Source: Epithemia pelagica (Eukaryota; Protista; Bacillariophyta). From it: 64,000 nucleotides of DNA. Below are positions 54,000 through 64,000 of the stretch, piece by piece (the stretch's first letter is position 1; each line of letters starts with the position of its first letter). The DNA lies in contig OX337230.1 of NCBI GenBank assembly GCA_946965045.2, forward strand, positions 2,232,001 to 2,296,000, given 5' to 3'. Both the position numbers and the translations under genes were made by a program. Below the pieces are notes generated by a model. That model had not been told where the DNA came from. It saw nothing but the letters and a program-made list of their open reading frames with translations, and did not search any database.

Positions 54000-56498
54000 T
54001 CAAAAGTCAAAGAGAAAGGTCAGCTTTTCTCCGCTGACCATGCGTTTGCAGTTCTCTTGACCCACAATGCGTTCAAGCGCATGAGCGTCGTACTTGGTGA
54101 AGAGTGCAAGAGAACTTTTCGTGTCGTCATCCCTGATTGCATTGTCGTTACTGCTGTGGCTCATCCCATTCACATGATCGCTATAGAACGAGGCATGTTC
54201 CGGGACACCATAAAATATCACGTGACGCGCTCCGCGAATGGTGTGACGATAAAAGAAATGAGCTCGTCCCGTATATAGCATAATCGCTTTGCGACCTTGC
54301 AAGAATCGAGCACGTCCCCGACTCACTTCCGAAGTACGTGCATATTCGGTGACACTGACAAACTCCACTTCGCGTTTCAAGAGCAAATTCCGTACAGCGA
54401 CAAAGTCAAAATAGGATGGGATATAAACAAGGGAATGCTTGCGCTGGCGTAGTTCAGGCAATATGTGTTTTTCAAAGTATCCTAGTTTTTCAGTTCCTTG
54501 ATTGAGCAATGAGCTGCATGGAATCCGTTGAAAAACTTGCCGGACATTGGCAACAATTCGACAAAGGATTGCCTTCGATGCTGTCGTGCGCTTACGAAAC
54601 AATGCCATTCCTGCAATACTTCGAGCAAAGCGCTTAAAAGTAGAGGCAATTACAGGATCATAAAAGTCTTGAGCATCCACAATCAATTGCCGCCAATATT
54701 GTGATTGGCCCGAGCTCAAAAAGTAATTGCGTACTCGACTAAAGTCGGTGTGCTTAGCTTGAGTTGGTTGTCGGTTGAGCAACTTCAGCATGTCGTTCAC
54801 GTGATCCCAATTCTGCATCAACAAAACGTTGGATCGCATCAAGACGCAGATTTCAATGCTCGATAGAAAGTCAGTGTCCATGCTGCTCGCCTCATCCTCA
54901 TCAGCGTCCTCCTCTGTTCCCTTCTTGGAGTGACAGGCCATCTTCAGTCCCAGGGGTGACGCCAGGACAACATCACTTCTGTAAAAGTCAGTGAATAGCT
55001 TCAAGGAGGCTGCTGAACTATTCGTTTCTTCATCATTACCTTGATCTTGTTTCTTTTTTGTCCGTGGAGCTTGGACATTGATGGACATTCCAAGGCGAAA
55101 ATCATCGTCGTGGTTGACGTCATCGCCAAACAGTGACAGCCATTCTTGACCCTTCTGCTCGAGGACTTCTTGCCTTCGTTCTTGTCTTTGTTCTTCTTTC
55201 TCCCCACCATTGTCGTCTTGTTCTACTGGAGGAGGGCCATACTCCTCCTGAAAGCGATCCCAGTGAGCAATGTTCGCCCCATCACCTCCCAATAAGGTTT
55301 GCATCCCTCGTACAAATTCGAAACAAACACCGCGAGTCGGCAACAGGACCAAAACGGACGGTCGAGTAAATCCCTGATCACGAACAAGATCTGTGGAAGA
55401 GGATTTTCCCCCGTCTTGGTCAGCTTCATTGCTCTCTTGGTCGTGAAGCAGTTTGTTGTGTTTGTGAATGCGACTCTGACGAGTCCAAATGTGATTGAGC
55501 ACATGAAGCAATATGGCTCGTGCAATGAAAGGCTCTTCCTTTTGGGAAGAGGGTTTACGCTTCCTCTTCGTTTCGAAGTTCTCTTGAGCTGAAAATAACA
55601 TATCTGAATAGGAAGCCAACAAGGGATATGCCACTTCTTGAAACGAAGAATCAAATAGAGTGGTCTTGGACACAGGATTTCTTACAGTCCTTTTCCATTC
55701 GTTTTGGAGAAATAGCCGGTTGCAGGAAAAATCGGCCTTTGCTTGTGCTCGCCATTGCTGAACCAGTCGGTGAGTGTTTGACTTTGTGGCAACATTGCTT
55801 ACCCGCGAGCCCTGTGGCTCCAGAGATCGTTTTTGCAGCCACGATTTGGACACTTTGAATTCCACATTGTGGCGTTGAAGCAACTGTTGCACGATTTCCT
55901 TTGGAAGTGTACACGTTTCTTGTATCGTAGCTAGCTTTTGATCTAAAATGTCGGCATTCTCGGGCAAGGGCGACTGTGAAAACCGTTCCGAAAAGTGATC
56001 GACCGGTGTCACCGCCAACGAGGACAATGACGCGTCGTCCTCATCCCTGTTGACTTCATTGCTGGAATCCGCTGCATCCTCAGACTCATTGTCCTCTTCC
56101 TCTTGATTCGCTTGTCTTTGAATGGCAGCAGAAGTGAGCTTTTCCAAAAACGATTCTACGGCATTCTCTTCATTTTCGTCATCTTCCATACTTTCGTCGT
56201 CCTCCATGTCCTCCTTCAAATCTCGTGGAGGATCGCCATCCACACTGTACTCGCGTACACTATCCTCTGTAGTTCCCCCGCCCGAGTGGAACAAAGGACG
56301 TTTCGACTGTGCTGGTTCTGGATCCGAGTGGGTCTTGTTCGTGGACAAAAACTTTGTCGTCTTGGATCCTCGGGGAATCCTGCCACCCGGCTCTTCTTGT
56401 GGTATTTCACCCCATTGTCTTTGAAGTTTGGCCTTGGCTCTCGCCTTTTTTCCTTTGGGACCCTTGTTCTTTTTCTTGACGGCACCCTTTTTGCCCAT
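54000..56498 (-). CDS. UTP25: U3 snoRNP-associated protein UTP25/DEF
   Basis: DQGFTRPSVLVLLP, DDDFRLG, FYRSDVVLASPLGL, DFLSSIE, QNWDHV, TDFSRVR, YIPSYFDFV, LYTGRAHFF. Confidence 0.93.
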   Translation of the reverse strand: MGKKGAVKKKNKGPKGKKARAKAKLQRQWGEIPQEEPGGRIPRGSKTTKFLSTNKTHSDPEPAQSKRPLFHSGGGTTEDSVREYSVDGDPPRDLKEDMEDDESMEDDENEENAVESFLEKLTSAAIQRQANQEEEDNESEDAADSSNEVNRDEDDASLSSLAVTPVDHFSERFSQSPLPENADILDQKLATIQETCTLPKEIVQQLLQRHNVEFKVSKSWLQKRSLEPQGSRVSNVATKSNTHRLVQQWRAQAKADFSCNRLFLQNEWKRTVRNPVSKTTLFDSSFQEVAYPLLASYSDMLFSAQENFETKRKRKPSSQKEEPFIARAILLHVLNHIWTRQSRIHKHNKLLHDQESNEADQDGGKSSSTDLVRDQGFTRPSVLVLLPTRGVCFEFVRGMQTLLGGDGANIAHWDRFQEEYGPPPVEQDDNGGEKEEQRQERRQEVLEQKGQEWLSLFGDDVNHDDDFRLGMSINVQAPRTKKKQDQGNDEETNSSAASLKLFTDFYRSDVVLASPLGLKMACHSKKGTEEDADEDEASSMDTDFLSSIEICVLMRSNVLLMQNWDHVNDMLKLLNRQPTQAKHTDFSRVRNYFLSSGQSQYWRQLIVDAQDFYDPVIASTFKRFARSIAGMALFRKRTTASKAILCRIVANVRQVFQRIPCSSLLNQGTEKLGYFEKHILPELRQRKHSLVYIPSYFDFVAVRNLLLKREVEFVSVTEYARTSEVSRGRARFLQGRKAIMLYTGRAHFFYRHTIRGARHVIFYGVPEHASFYSDHVNGMSHSSNDNAIRDDDTKSSLALFTKYDAHALERIVGQENCKRMVSGEKLTFLFDF

Positions 56499-56847
56499 GA
56501 CCACAAAGGACCAAACTTTGCATCGACAAGAAAGGAAATGGATCTGAGGACCGAGATGCACCGAAAAATTGGAGGGTGGAGTTCATTTTCAAAAGCTTAG
56601 GTAGTTTTTGAATTTCGAAATAAGCGACTGATACTGGACGGTGAAGTACGCACACGGAAGCATCAACCCTCATCTTTTCGTCGCCGCCGTCCATTCCGTT
56701 TTCCGTTGCGCTTCGAACATTGAGATGGGCCTTTTGGCATAGACCAACTGCACGTTTGGAACAACATTTGATCCATCACAAAAGAGGCCATCGCGGACCT
56801 ACAAAGGCCGTTTTCTACGAGAGAAAGAGTTGTGTCGATCCCACGCC

Positions 56848-58374
56848 ATGACTTCTCTTCCCTATGTCGCCTTTGTCAAGGACCTTCCTGTCGATGAGGG
56901 CCGCAAGGGCATGTCGGCCGTGGGTCGATGTCGTGTGGATCTGACGGCCCTTTCGACGCCGCCTTTGCAGGAGGCGTATGCGGCCATTGTCGCGAAGAAT
57001 CGACAGCAAGCCATGGTTGGCATGGAAACGACAGAATCAATCCCTGACCAGGAAGAACGGGAAAAGCAATATAAAAAGGACAAGAAAAAATTCATGAAAG
57101 AGGGGAATGCCATGGCCGCCAAATTCTTACAAGCAGACTTGCAGTTGGATGTCAGTATTGTCGACGTTGAAGTTCTCGTCCAGGGATCCGAGTTGATTGA
57201 AACGGATGGTTGCTTGGCGGCATGCTTTTTGGATGCAGGATGCGCACGAGTCGTCACGGAAGGAACCAATCTTGCCGCTTTGGAGGCGGCCAAGATTCCC
57301 AAGGAACGTCTCATGGCCCATTTTGCATTGACTGAGAGCGAGACAAGCCTGAACGATGTGGTCGCTCCCATTGCTCCCCATTGTCATGCCATCTCGTTGG
57401 AGCTCACACAAGCAAAAGATATGGGGAAGATGAACGCACTGGCTCAACAGATTGACCCAAACGTTATGGAAAATGTCGTCTTTCAGTTTCACCCTAGTCT
57501 CGCCATGACCTACTTGGAAACACAACAACAGAGCAATGCGGACTCAACGACGACTGCGGTTGAACCCGAAAAGCAACTATCCAAATTGATTGCGGACACA
57601 TGTCGCATGGGTCAGAACAAAAAGGGTGGCCGTCGTCCAGATGCGGCATGGGTGACGGTAGCCTTGACCGACCCAACGGCGCAACAATTGGGTGAATCGT
57701 ATGCGGCTTGTATACAAACCGATCGAGAGGATGGTTTGTTTACAACAGTGGTTTGTGCACGCAACAATGAAGCCTTGGGATTGGTCTATTCCTCCGCCTC
57801 ATCGGTCGTCGCGTCCCTGATTCACGGTCAAGCCGTCTATTACAGTCGCAGTCGCAATGGATTGTGGCACAAGGGTGCCACATCCGGTCATTTTCAAACC
57901 TTGCATCGGTTTGATGTCGATTGCGACGGAGACGCCTTGCGGTCAACCGTTACACAAGAGGGGCAACCCAAGGCGGCCTTTTGTCACTTGCATACCTTTA
58001 CCTGCTGGGGAGAGCCACGAGGACTACGGCACTTGGAAGAAACCTTGGAGCAACGATTGCATTCCGCACCGGAGGGGTCGTATACGAAACGATTGTTTGA
58101 TGAACCAGACTTGTTGCGAGACAAATTGGTCGAAGAAGCACAAGAACTGGCCGAGGCGAGGGACAAACAAGATGTCGCTGGGGAATTGGCCGACGTTTTG
58201 TACTTTGCCATGACTCGTGCAGTCAAAGCTGGAGTCCGGTTGGATGATGCCATTGCAGAACTGGACAAACGAGACCGGAAAGTCACTCGTCGGAAAGGAG
58301 ATTCGAAAGCCTTTCGCATTGCAGCAGGCCAAGCGATCCTGGAAAAGGCAGGAAAAGACAAACCAGATGAATGA
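56848..58374 (+). CDS. hisIE: Bifunctional PR-AMP cyclohydrolase / PR-ATP pyrophosphohydrolase with an N-terminal extension
   Basis: YYSRSRNGLWHKGATSG..DCDGDAL..FCH..TCW (HisI); SYTKRLF..KLVEEAQEL..ELADVLYF (HisE); no HisD domain follows. Confidence 0.9.
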   Translation: MTSLPYVAFVKDLPVDEGRKGMSAVGRCRVDLTALSTPPLQEAYAAIVAKNRQQAMVGMETTESIPDQEEREKQYKKDKKKFMKEGNAMAAKFLQADLQLDVSIVDVEVLVQGSELIETDGCLAACFLDAGCARVVTEGTNLAALEAAKIPKERLMAHFALTESETSLNDVVAPIAPHCHAISLELTQAKDMGKMNALAQQIDPNVMENVVFQFHPSLAMTYLETQQQSNADSTTTAVEPEKQLSKLIADTCRMGQNKKGGRRPDAAWVTVALTDPTAQQLGESYAACIQTDREDGLFTTVVCARNNEALGLVYSSASSVVASLIHGQAVYYSRSRNGLWHKGATSGHFQTLHRFDVDCDGDALRSTVTQEGQPKAAFCHLHTFTCWGEPRGLRHLEETLEQRLHSAPEGSYTKRLFDEPDLLRDKLVEEAQELAEARDKQDVAGELADVLYFAMTRAVKAGVRLDDAIAELDKRDRKVTRRKGDSKAFRIAAGQAILEKAGKDKPDE

Positions 58375-58540
58375 CCTTTGTTCGTTCCGTTTTTATAATC
58401 TAAACAGTAATCATGTTTCAAATTTGTGACTTGTGCTATGGTGGCAACTATGGGTATTGAAGATTGTCGGCGTTAATTTCAATGTGAGCGAATACTGTTG
58501 TGAAAGACTGTTGATTGCGCGGCTTTCAATTTGGCATGAT

Positions 58541-60403
58541 CTACTCCACGTCCATGAACAGAGCCCCGGCCGACGAAGCGGAGTAGTCACTTCCAGCAAA
58601 GGAATATTCATCAGGGGCACCAAAGTCAGGGTCCGTAATCGCAGAACATTCATCTTCGACGTCGGAAAAGTCGTCAGTGTCCACTCGGCGACGGTGTGGA
58701 ACAACAATTTCTGGGAGAGGAAGGTTTACCATGTTGACCTGATTGCTTGTCATGTGGGCTGGAGATTTTGCTTTCTTGGCACGAAGAGCGAAAAACGAAC
58801 GACGTCCATTTTCATCGGTACTCCGATAGTTGTTCCAGTTTCTCGGTGCTTCTTGAGGCGCGCCACTGTCCTGCATCTCGTGTTTCAAGAGTTCTTCTAA
58901 GTTACCAATCTCAGATGGGACGCGATGGTGTTTTTGTGAAAGCACGTCAATCCTGAGGTTTGTGGCCGCAGGTTGTGGACGATCGTCTTGAGTTTTCGAG
59001 GACTTTGCTTTGGATGCCTCGTCTGTGTTGGTGTTGCAAAAATAATTGCAAGCAAACTCGACCATAGGCTTGGGACTAGTCGCCACGTCGTTGTTGACCT
59101 TATCATTGAAAGAACCGATGCTACATTTTGATCGGTTTGCGCTCATGAACGCCATTGTCTCTGCAGAATAGGACCAGCTCAATTCCTGGATCAATTTGTC
59201 CAGGGTTTCTGGACTGCCTTCAATGAAACGACTGTTCCGCATAGTCGATGGTAGCATCTCAAACAGAACATGGCCTTGCTCTTCCGATTTTGGCGAACCA
59301 ACTGATTGATGGAGCTGGCTACTTTGACATGCCTCGGAGAATCTTGAGGCTGGTCGTTTTGGATACGATCGACATTGGATCAGTTCCGGCTTGAGGGTCT
59401 TCATGGTAACTATTTTGTGTTCAGCGGATGTAATTTCCTTCGATCGAGTGCTGTCATTGACTGATTGTTTGGCGACAGGTCGGTTCGAAGAATTCTTTGG
59501 TGAACTCTCGGACTCATCCACGATCCATGACCCAGTTCCGACCGTGGCGAATTCAACTTCTTCAGCTTCGTCCAATGGGTCCCTTGATTTTGTATTCAGT
59601 GTCTCTTGTGCCCATGTATCACCGTCAACATTGTTGCTCAAGGAGGCTGACGACATTGCCAGAGAAGATTTCGAACTTGGCGAAAGTGAAATCGGATCTC
59701 GCTTTGAGAGGTGCAGGCCACGGGATTTGTCTTGATTTTTTGCTCCACCAGGCAGTGGAGAGGAATCAAACAGAGCAAAAGAATCTGGTTTCTCTACCAA
59801 CCAGTCATCGTCGCGACTCTCGCTCGTCTTCGGTGTTGGCATCATGCTATCCAGCCAGTCAGCGGACGATGAATTCGAATGTTCAAAGACGGGATAATTG
59901 GTTCCTTCGTAGTGTTGTTGCTGTTGCTTGCGATTGTAGAGGGGCACCCAATACATTCTGTGTCTTCGGGAAAAGAGGCTGAAACGGTTCTTTTGTTTCC
60001 GCATGTCGGGTCCATCGGAGCCATCTTCATTGCAGTTCCCACTGCTGTTTCCATACACGGTGGAATCGAGAATTCTCTGCTTCTCGACAGATGCCACGGG
60101 TTCCATTACAGTCGACGTGGATGTTTCCAGAACCACGGCATGGGCGGTTGCGTCGTGAGACGAATCCTGAACCTTGGTTTTGTTTACCGGAATTTTTAAA
60201 GCAATGCGATCGGGGAGAAAGAACTGACTGCTGCCATCAGCACCTTTTGGTGTGCTTCTGCTGGACTCCTGAACCATGGTTTCCCATTCAATGTCATCGT
60301 AGACACCAGATGCATGCCCAAACTGGTAGTCATCCATAGTCTTTCGACCATTCTTGCCGACAACAACGTTGAATTCATTTCGATCACAAAAAGAAGAATT
60401 CAT
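58541..60403 (-). CDS. Hypothetical Ser-rich, probably disordered protein (about 620 aa)
   Basis: Long open frame filling the gap between two known genes; no recognised motif; start codon uncertain (60403 or 60337). Confidence 0.55.
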   Translation of the reverse strand: MNSSFCDRNEFNVVVGKNGRKTMDDYQFGHASGVYDDIEWETMVQESSRSTPKGADGSSQFFLPDRIALKIPVNKTKVQDSSHDATAHAVVLETSTSTVMEPVASVEKQRILDSTVYGNSSGNCNEDGSDGPDMRKQKNRFSLFSRRHRMYWVPLYNRKQQQQHYEGTNYPVFEHSNSSSADWLDSMMPTPKTSESRDDDWLVEKPDSFALFDSSPLPGGAKNQDKSRGLHLSKRDPISLSPSSKSSLAMSSASLSNNVDGDTWAQETLNTKSRDPLDEAEEVEFATVGTGSWIVDESESSPKNSSNRPVAKQSVNDSTRSKEITSAEHKIVTMKTLKPELIQCRSYPKRPASRFSEACQSSQLHQSVGSPKSEEQGHVLFEMLPSTMRNSRFIEGSPETLDKLIQELSWSYSAETMAFMSANRSKCSIGSFNDKVNNDVATSPKPMVEFACNYFCNTNTDEASKAKSSKTQDDRPQPAATNLRIDVLSQKHHRVPSEIGNLEELLKHEMQDSGAPQEAPRNWNNYRSTDENGRRSFFALRAKKAKSPAHMTSNQVNMVNLPLPEIVVPHRRRVDTDDFSDVEDECSAITDPDFGAPDEYSFAGSDYSASSAGALFMDVE

Positions 60404-60856
60404 TTCGCACGACTTTTTTATGAGCACAAGAAATTCACACGGACATTGGTCAATATGACCAGGAAGGAAGTTCCTTTTCTTCCAGGCCTTCCTTCACCGA
60501 CTCCTTTATTGTAAAACTGAATCGACTCGTGTTTTGGTTGTGTTTTGCCATAGAGGTGTTTATGGAGAGCCGTTTTCGGTTCAGTGGGATCTCGAAAAAC
60601 CAAGTCAAATCAGTGTCCAATTGCACTCAATTCCATAGAGGAGAGGCGTTTCACCTTGGAATGCAAACTTGAAATTGTGAGAGCACCTCCATGTGGCATC
60701 GTTGTTGGGGTTCCGTTTCGTCCACCACTATAGAGGAAAAGTAGTACAATACTATCTCTGTGAAACACGGTCACACGACAGACGTCATCGGTCGCACCAC
60801 CACACCCATCCAAAATCCAGAAGACAACCGCAACGTCCCTCGCGACACTTGGAACC

Positions 60857-61639
60857 ATGCCCAAGGCTTCCAAGACGGGTGCGTTTCGAAAGGCAACTGC
60901 TGCCGATGCTGCGATAAGCAAGAGGAAAGATGGGAAAACATCAGGAAGCCAAGGTTCAACCCTTCTTTCTTCCGAGACTGAAAATAAGGCGTTGAAGGAG
61001 GATCCACAACCGACCGTGGGGACAGTGGACGAAAAGCACTCGTCCACCACAACGCAGGATGAGTCCGAGGCAACTCCGTTGAGTCGAGGTCAACGAAAGC
61101 GTCTGGCGAAACAGAAGCAGTACCAGCGGAAGCAACAAATGATTATGTCTTCTTTGAAACTGAAACGAGCCGAAGAACAGAAGAAGCGCATTGATGGCCT
61201 GGATGCCATCCGAGAAGCTCTTTTGGACGCCGTCCAAGACAAGAAGTCGACCCAAAGTCAGGGAAATGAAGGGTCCAATGCAACAACGCTCGAAGATTCA
61301 ACAGAAGATGTCGTAACCAAACCCAATCTCCTTAAAACTACCAAATCCCAAAAGTTATTGGTGGAGAAGGAAACAGCTCAGTTGTCTCTCGTTGTGCAAC
61401 ATCCCGCTTTTCAAGCGGATCCATTTGCTACAATACGGGAGCATTTGAAGAACACTTTGGCACCCGATGTTGCCCTTCAAAAGAGACAAGAGGCGCAACG
61501 AGTCAAGGAACAGGCACAGAAACAACAAAAATGCAAAAAAGAGAAACGCATGGCGTCCTCCAATTCCACCACGTTTGCGTTCAAAAAGAAGCGAAAACAA
61601 CATAGAGCGCGACCGACTCGATCTCGAGGGTCAAAATGA
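60857..61639 (+). CDS. SLX9: Ribosome biogenesis protein SLX9/FAM207-like
   Basis: LSRGQRKR..K and VVQHPAFQADPFATIREHLKNTL. Confidence 0.78.
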   Translation: MPKASKTGAFRKATAADAAISKRKDGKTSGSQGSTLLSSETENKALKEDPQPTVGTVDEKHSSTTTQDESEATPLSRGQRKRLAKQKQYQRKQQMIMSSLKLKRAEEQKKRIDGLDAIREALLDAVQDKKSTQSQGNEGSNATTLEDSTEDVVTKPNLLKTTKSQKLLVEKETAQLSLVVQHPAFQADPFATIREHLKNTLAPDVALQKRQEAQRVKEQAQKQQKCKKEKRMASSNSTTFAFKKKRKQHRARPTRSRGSK

Positions 61640-61709
61640 AACAAGCAGCCTACTGGACCATGATGATTTCATTATCCTTCGTGGAGAACATGCATTGACA
61701 CATGAGAAG

Positions 61710-62956
61710 TCAAGTGTTGGTTTCTGCTCTGCCTTCTTGTGTTTGTGGATCCTTCTTCTCCTGGTCAGGTTGCTGAATAGACAATGGTTGCGCCATTGGG
61801 ATTGTTGCTGTCTCATCTAATTTGACAGCGGGCGGTGGTTTGCGTTTGCGCTTATCAGTCGGCGCATGGAAGTTTTCGCGATCATAAAAGGACCGCAACA
61901 GTTTTACGGCAGGTTCTTCCATTACCTTGCCCACAATGGGATATGAATGTAAATCCTTGCCCGCATCTTTTCCTTCTTGTTGATGCACACTAAGAATCGA
62001 ACCACAACCGCCAAATTTGTCATTGCGACACCCAAACACCACCTTTCCAATTTGGACTTGCGCCAGAGCTGCAGCACACATGATACAAGGTTCACATGTA
62101 ACTGGACTGTGCATTGAGAAATAGAACAAAGGTACAAGATGATTTCATATTGATCAAACTTACCATAGAGAGTGCACTGTTTCAAGTCCGAAACAGAGTG
62201 GATTCTGCCACTTCTCCATCCGTAGCTTTTCTGAAGAGTTTTTGATGGATTGTGTGAGTCTTGAGTTCTGCCTGAGAAACTGGAAGACGGTGTATTCTCC
62301 GCATCCGCCTCGTGTTGGATGTCACTCCACGCATCATGCATGTACTGCTCCAGGGGTTGACGATTGCCATGATGCCATTGAATAAGAGGTGACGAAGAGC
62401 TCGTAGAGGACGAGGCAGCACGCGCTGCAGAGGTCGCAAGGACCTCGGCGGGTAAACACAAGGTATCGGATGACAGCCCCCCTGTCAACATGCGGTCAAT
62501 GGCCACCAGCTCGGCATGGCGAGTTGCATCTCGTGTTGCATTCACTTGATTCGCTCCGTGAGAGACTACGACCTTAGTTTTCTTGTCCTTCAACGTTGAT
62601 CTGCAATCAGAAAATACAGGATCGGACGGCAACTCTTTCTTGGACTCTCGGGTGGGTCCGTGGTCGGAACACAGTTTTGCAGTCCTATGTTTGTCATCCA
62701 CAACTTTGTCCTTCGTCCAATTCTCCTCAACCCCGTCATCCACAGGCATGACAATGACACATCCCACTGGAACTTCTCCGACTTCCAATGCACGCCTTGC
62801 CACCTTGAGAGCCAGCTTCATGTAATACTCGTCTTCATCTTCGTTAGTTGGTTGTGCCTCATTTGGCCCTTTCACCAATGATTCCTTTTGCTCAAGTTTT
62901 TCCTCCAGATCGTCAGCGCATCTTTTCGAGCATCCGTCTACCTTTCGCTGATCCAT
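61710..62956 (-). CDS. TAD2: tRNA adenosine-34 deaminase catalytic subunit; intron 62102-62163
   Basis: YMKLAL..GEVPVGCV, DATRHAE, TLY|VTCEPCIMC, VVFGCRNDKFGGCGS, LRSFY..EN..AP. Confidence 0.9.
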
Positions 62957-63214
62957 GATCCATTGTATTGAATGGTTTGGGCGTCGGAGACTATTTCATG
63001 GGTTCTTTCTGATCAATACACACGCGCTGCGTCTGTTACCGTTTTCTCAGAGGTCCCGAGGAGGACTCCAATCACGTCGCCTCCTCCATTCGCGCGACTC
63101 ACAAAGTTGTGCATCTTACCGCTTTACTAAAGCAACTTGCCCGTCCGCAGTCTCCCCCACAACCGTTGTGTGCATTGCCGTTGTTTCTCCAACTTAACCA
63201 GAAATACATTAACA

Positions 63215-63853
63215 ATGGTGTCCAAGAAGCAGGTATGTCGATGACACCGGAGGTTGGAGCACGAACATGCTGCATACCTGAGATGGCAGTCATTGGCCTT
63301 TCCTACAAGCCAAACGTTGAACCACGAATCACGAACATGCAACACGTTGTTGGAACTTTGCCTTGATCATGGGCGTTTCGAACTCTGTTGAAGCAATGTC
63401 CGTGGAACCCCAACGATTTGGTCTGTCAGTGAAGAGAGGTTGGTGAACTGTTCATGTCGGGTTGGAAGGATGTCGTTGCGCCCCATTTCATGTGCAAACT
63501 CAGCTTTACTAATTTATTGTTTTCGTTTCACTTTACAGCAAAGACAACAAGATTCTATGAACAGTCGTATCAAGCTGGTCATGAAGTCCGGAAAGGCCAT
63601 TTTGGGATATAAGCAATGCCTCAAATCGTTGCGAAAAGGCAAGGCCAAGATGATTCTTATTGCATCCAATGCCCCACCTCTTCGTAAATCTGAATTGGAA
63701 TACATGGCAATGCTTGGACGAACAAATGTCCATCATTACTCTGGAGACAACACCGCACTCGGAACTGCTTGTGGAAAATTGTTCAACTGCTCCGTCTTGA
63801 CCATTATGGACGCCGGTGATTCAGATATTCTGACTGCCACCACTAAGGATTAA
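63215..63853 (+). CDS. RPL30: 60S ribosomal protein eL30; intron 63233-63538
   Basis: Exon 1 MVSKKQ with GTATGT donor; exon 2 [40 protein letters not shown]. Confidence 0.95.
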
Positions 63854-64000
63854 ACGTACCTACCTAGACGACATTGGAATTTGGAATAATACTTCTCTGC
63901 TGAACTAAGTCATGACGCAAGATACTACGAAGAACTTAGACGCCATGGCTCGAATTTGGCTGTTTTATGACTTAGGAGCAACTTATCCACTTCGCTATCC

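Noticed and set aside
63233-63538. snoRNA in the long RPL30 intron
   Set aside because: No convincing C box (RTGATGA) paired with a terminal D box and no clear H/ACA structure; an Rfam/snoscan search would be needed.

Overview
Gene-dense eukaryotic nuclear DNA, very probably from a diatom (inferred from short GT-AG introns, diatom-type Copia gag/pol and stramenopile-type proteins). Host genes, left to right: plastid-type thioredoxin, lactonase, EBP2, PRKRIP1-like, a frameshifted bacterial-type L,D-transpeptidase/Tlde1-like gene, two identical aquaporins, two paralogous single-pass membrane proteins, LTN1, APC11, an SNase nuclease, a membrane class III cyclase lacking both catalytic Asp, EF1-alpha, a two-domain HSP20, UTP25, HisIE, an orphan ORF, SLX9, TAD2 and RPL30. 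The mobile DNA is the most interesting part. (1) An intact 7.0-kb Copia LTR retrotransposon (35545-42561, minus) has identical 174-bp LTRs, a 4-bp TSD, gag and pol in frame across one UGA, and a tRNA-like A/B-box in its leader. (2) A 3'-truncated sister copy (9763-18282, plus) has its gag split by a 6.6-kb DNA transposon (10906-17537) with 24-bp TIRs. That transposon encodes a RAG1/Transib/Chapaev-like DDE transposase and a convergent 625-aa partner gene of unknown function, a layout reminiscent of ProtoRAG; it is the best candidate for an undescribed system. (3) A direct duplication of the aquaporin region brackets the nested elements and preserves the empty insertion site. All family assignments come from motif recognition by eye; no database searches were run.
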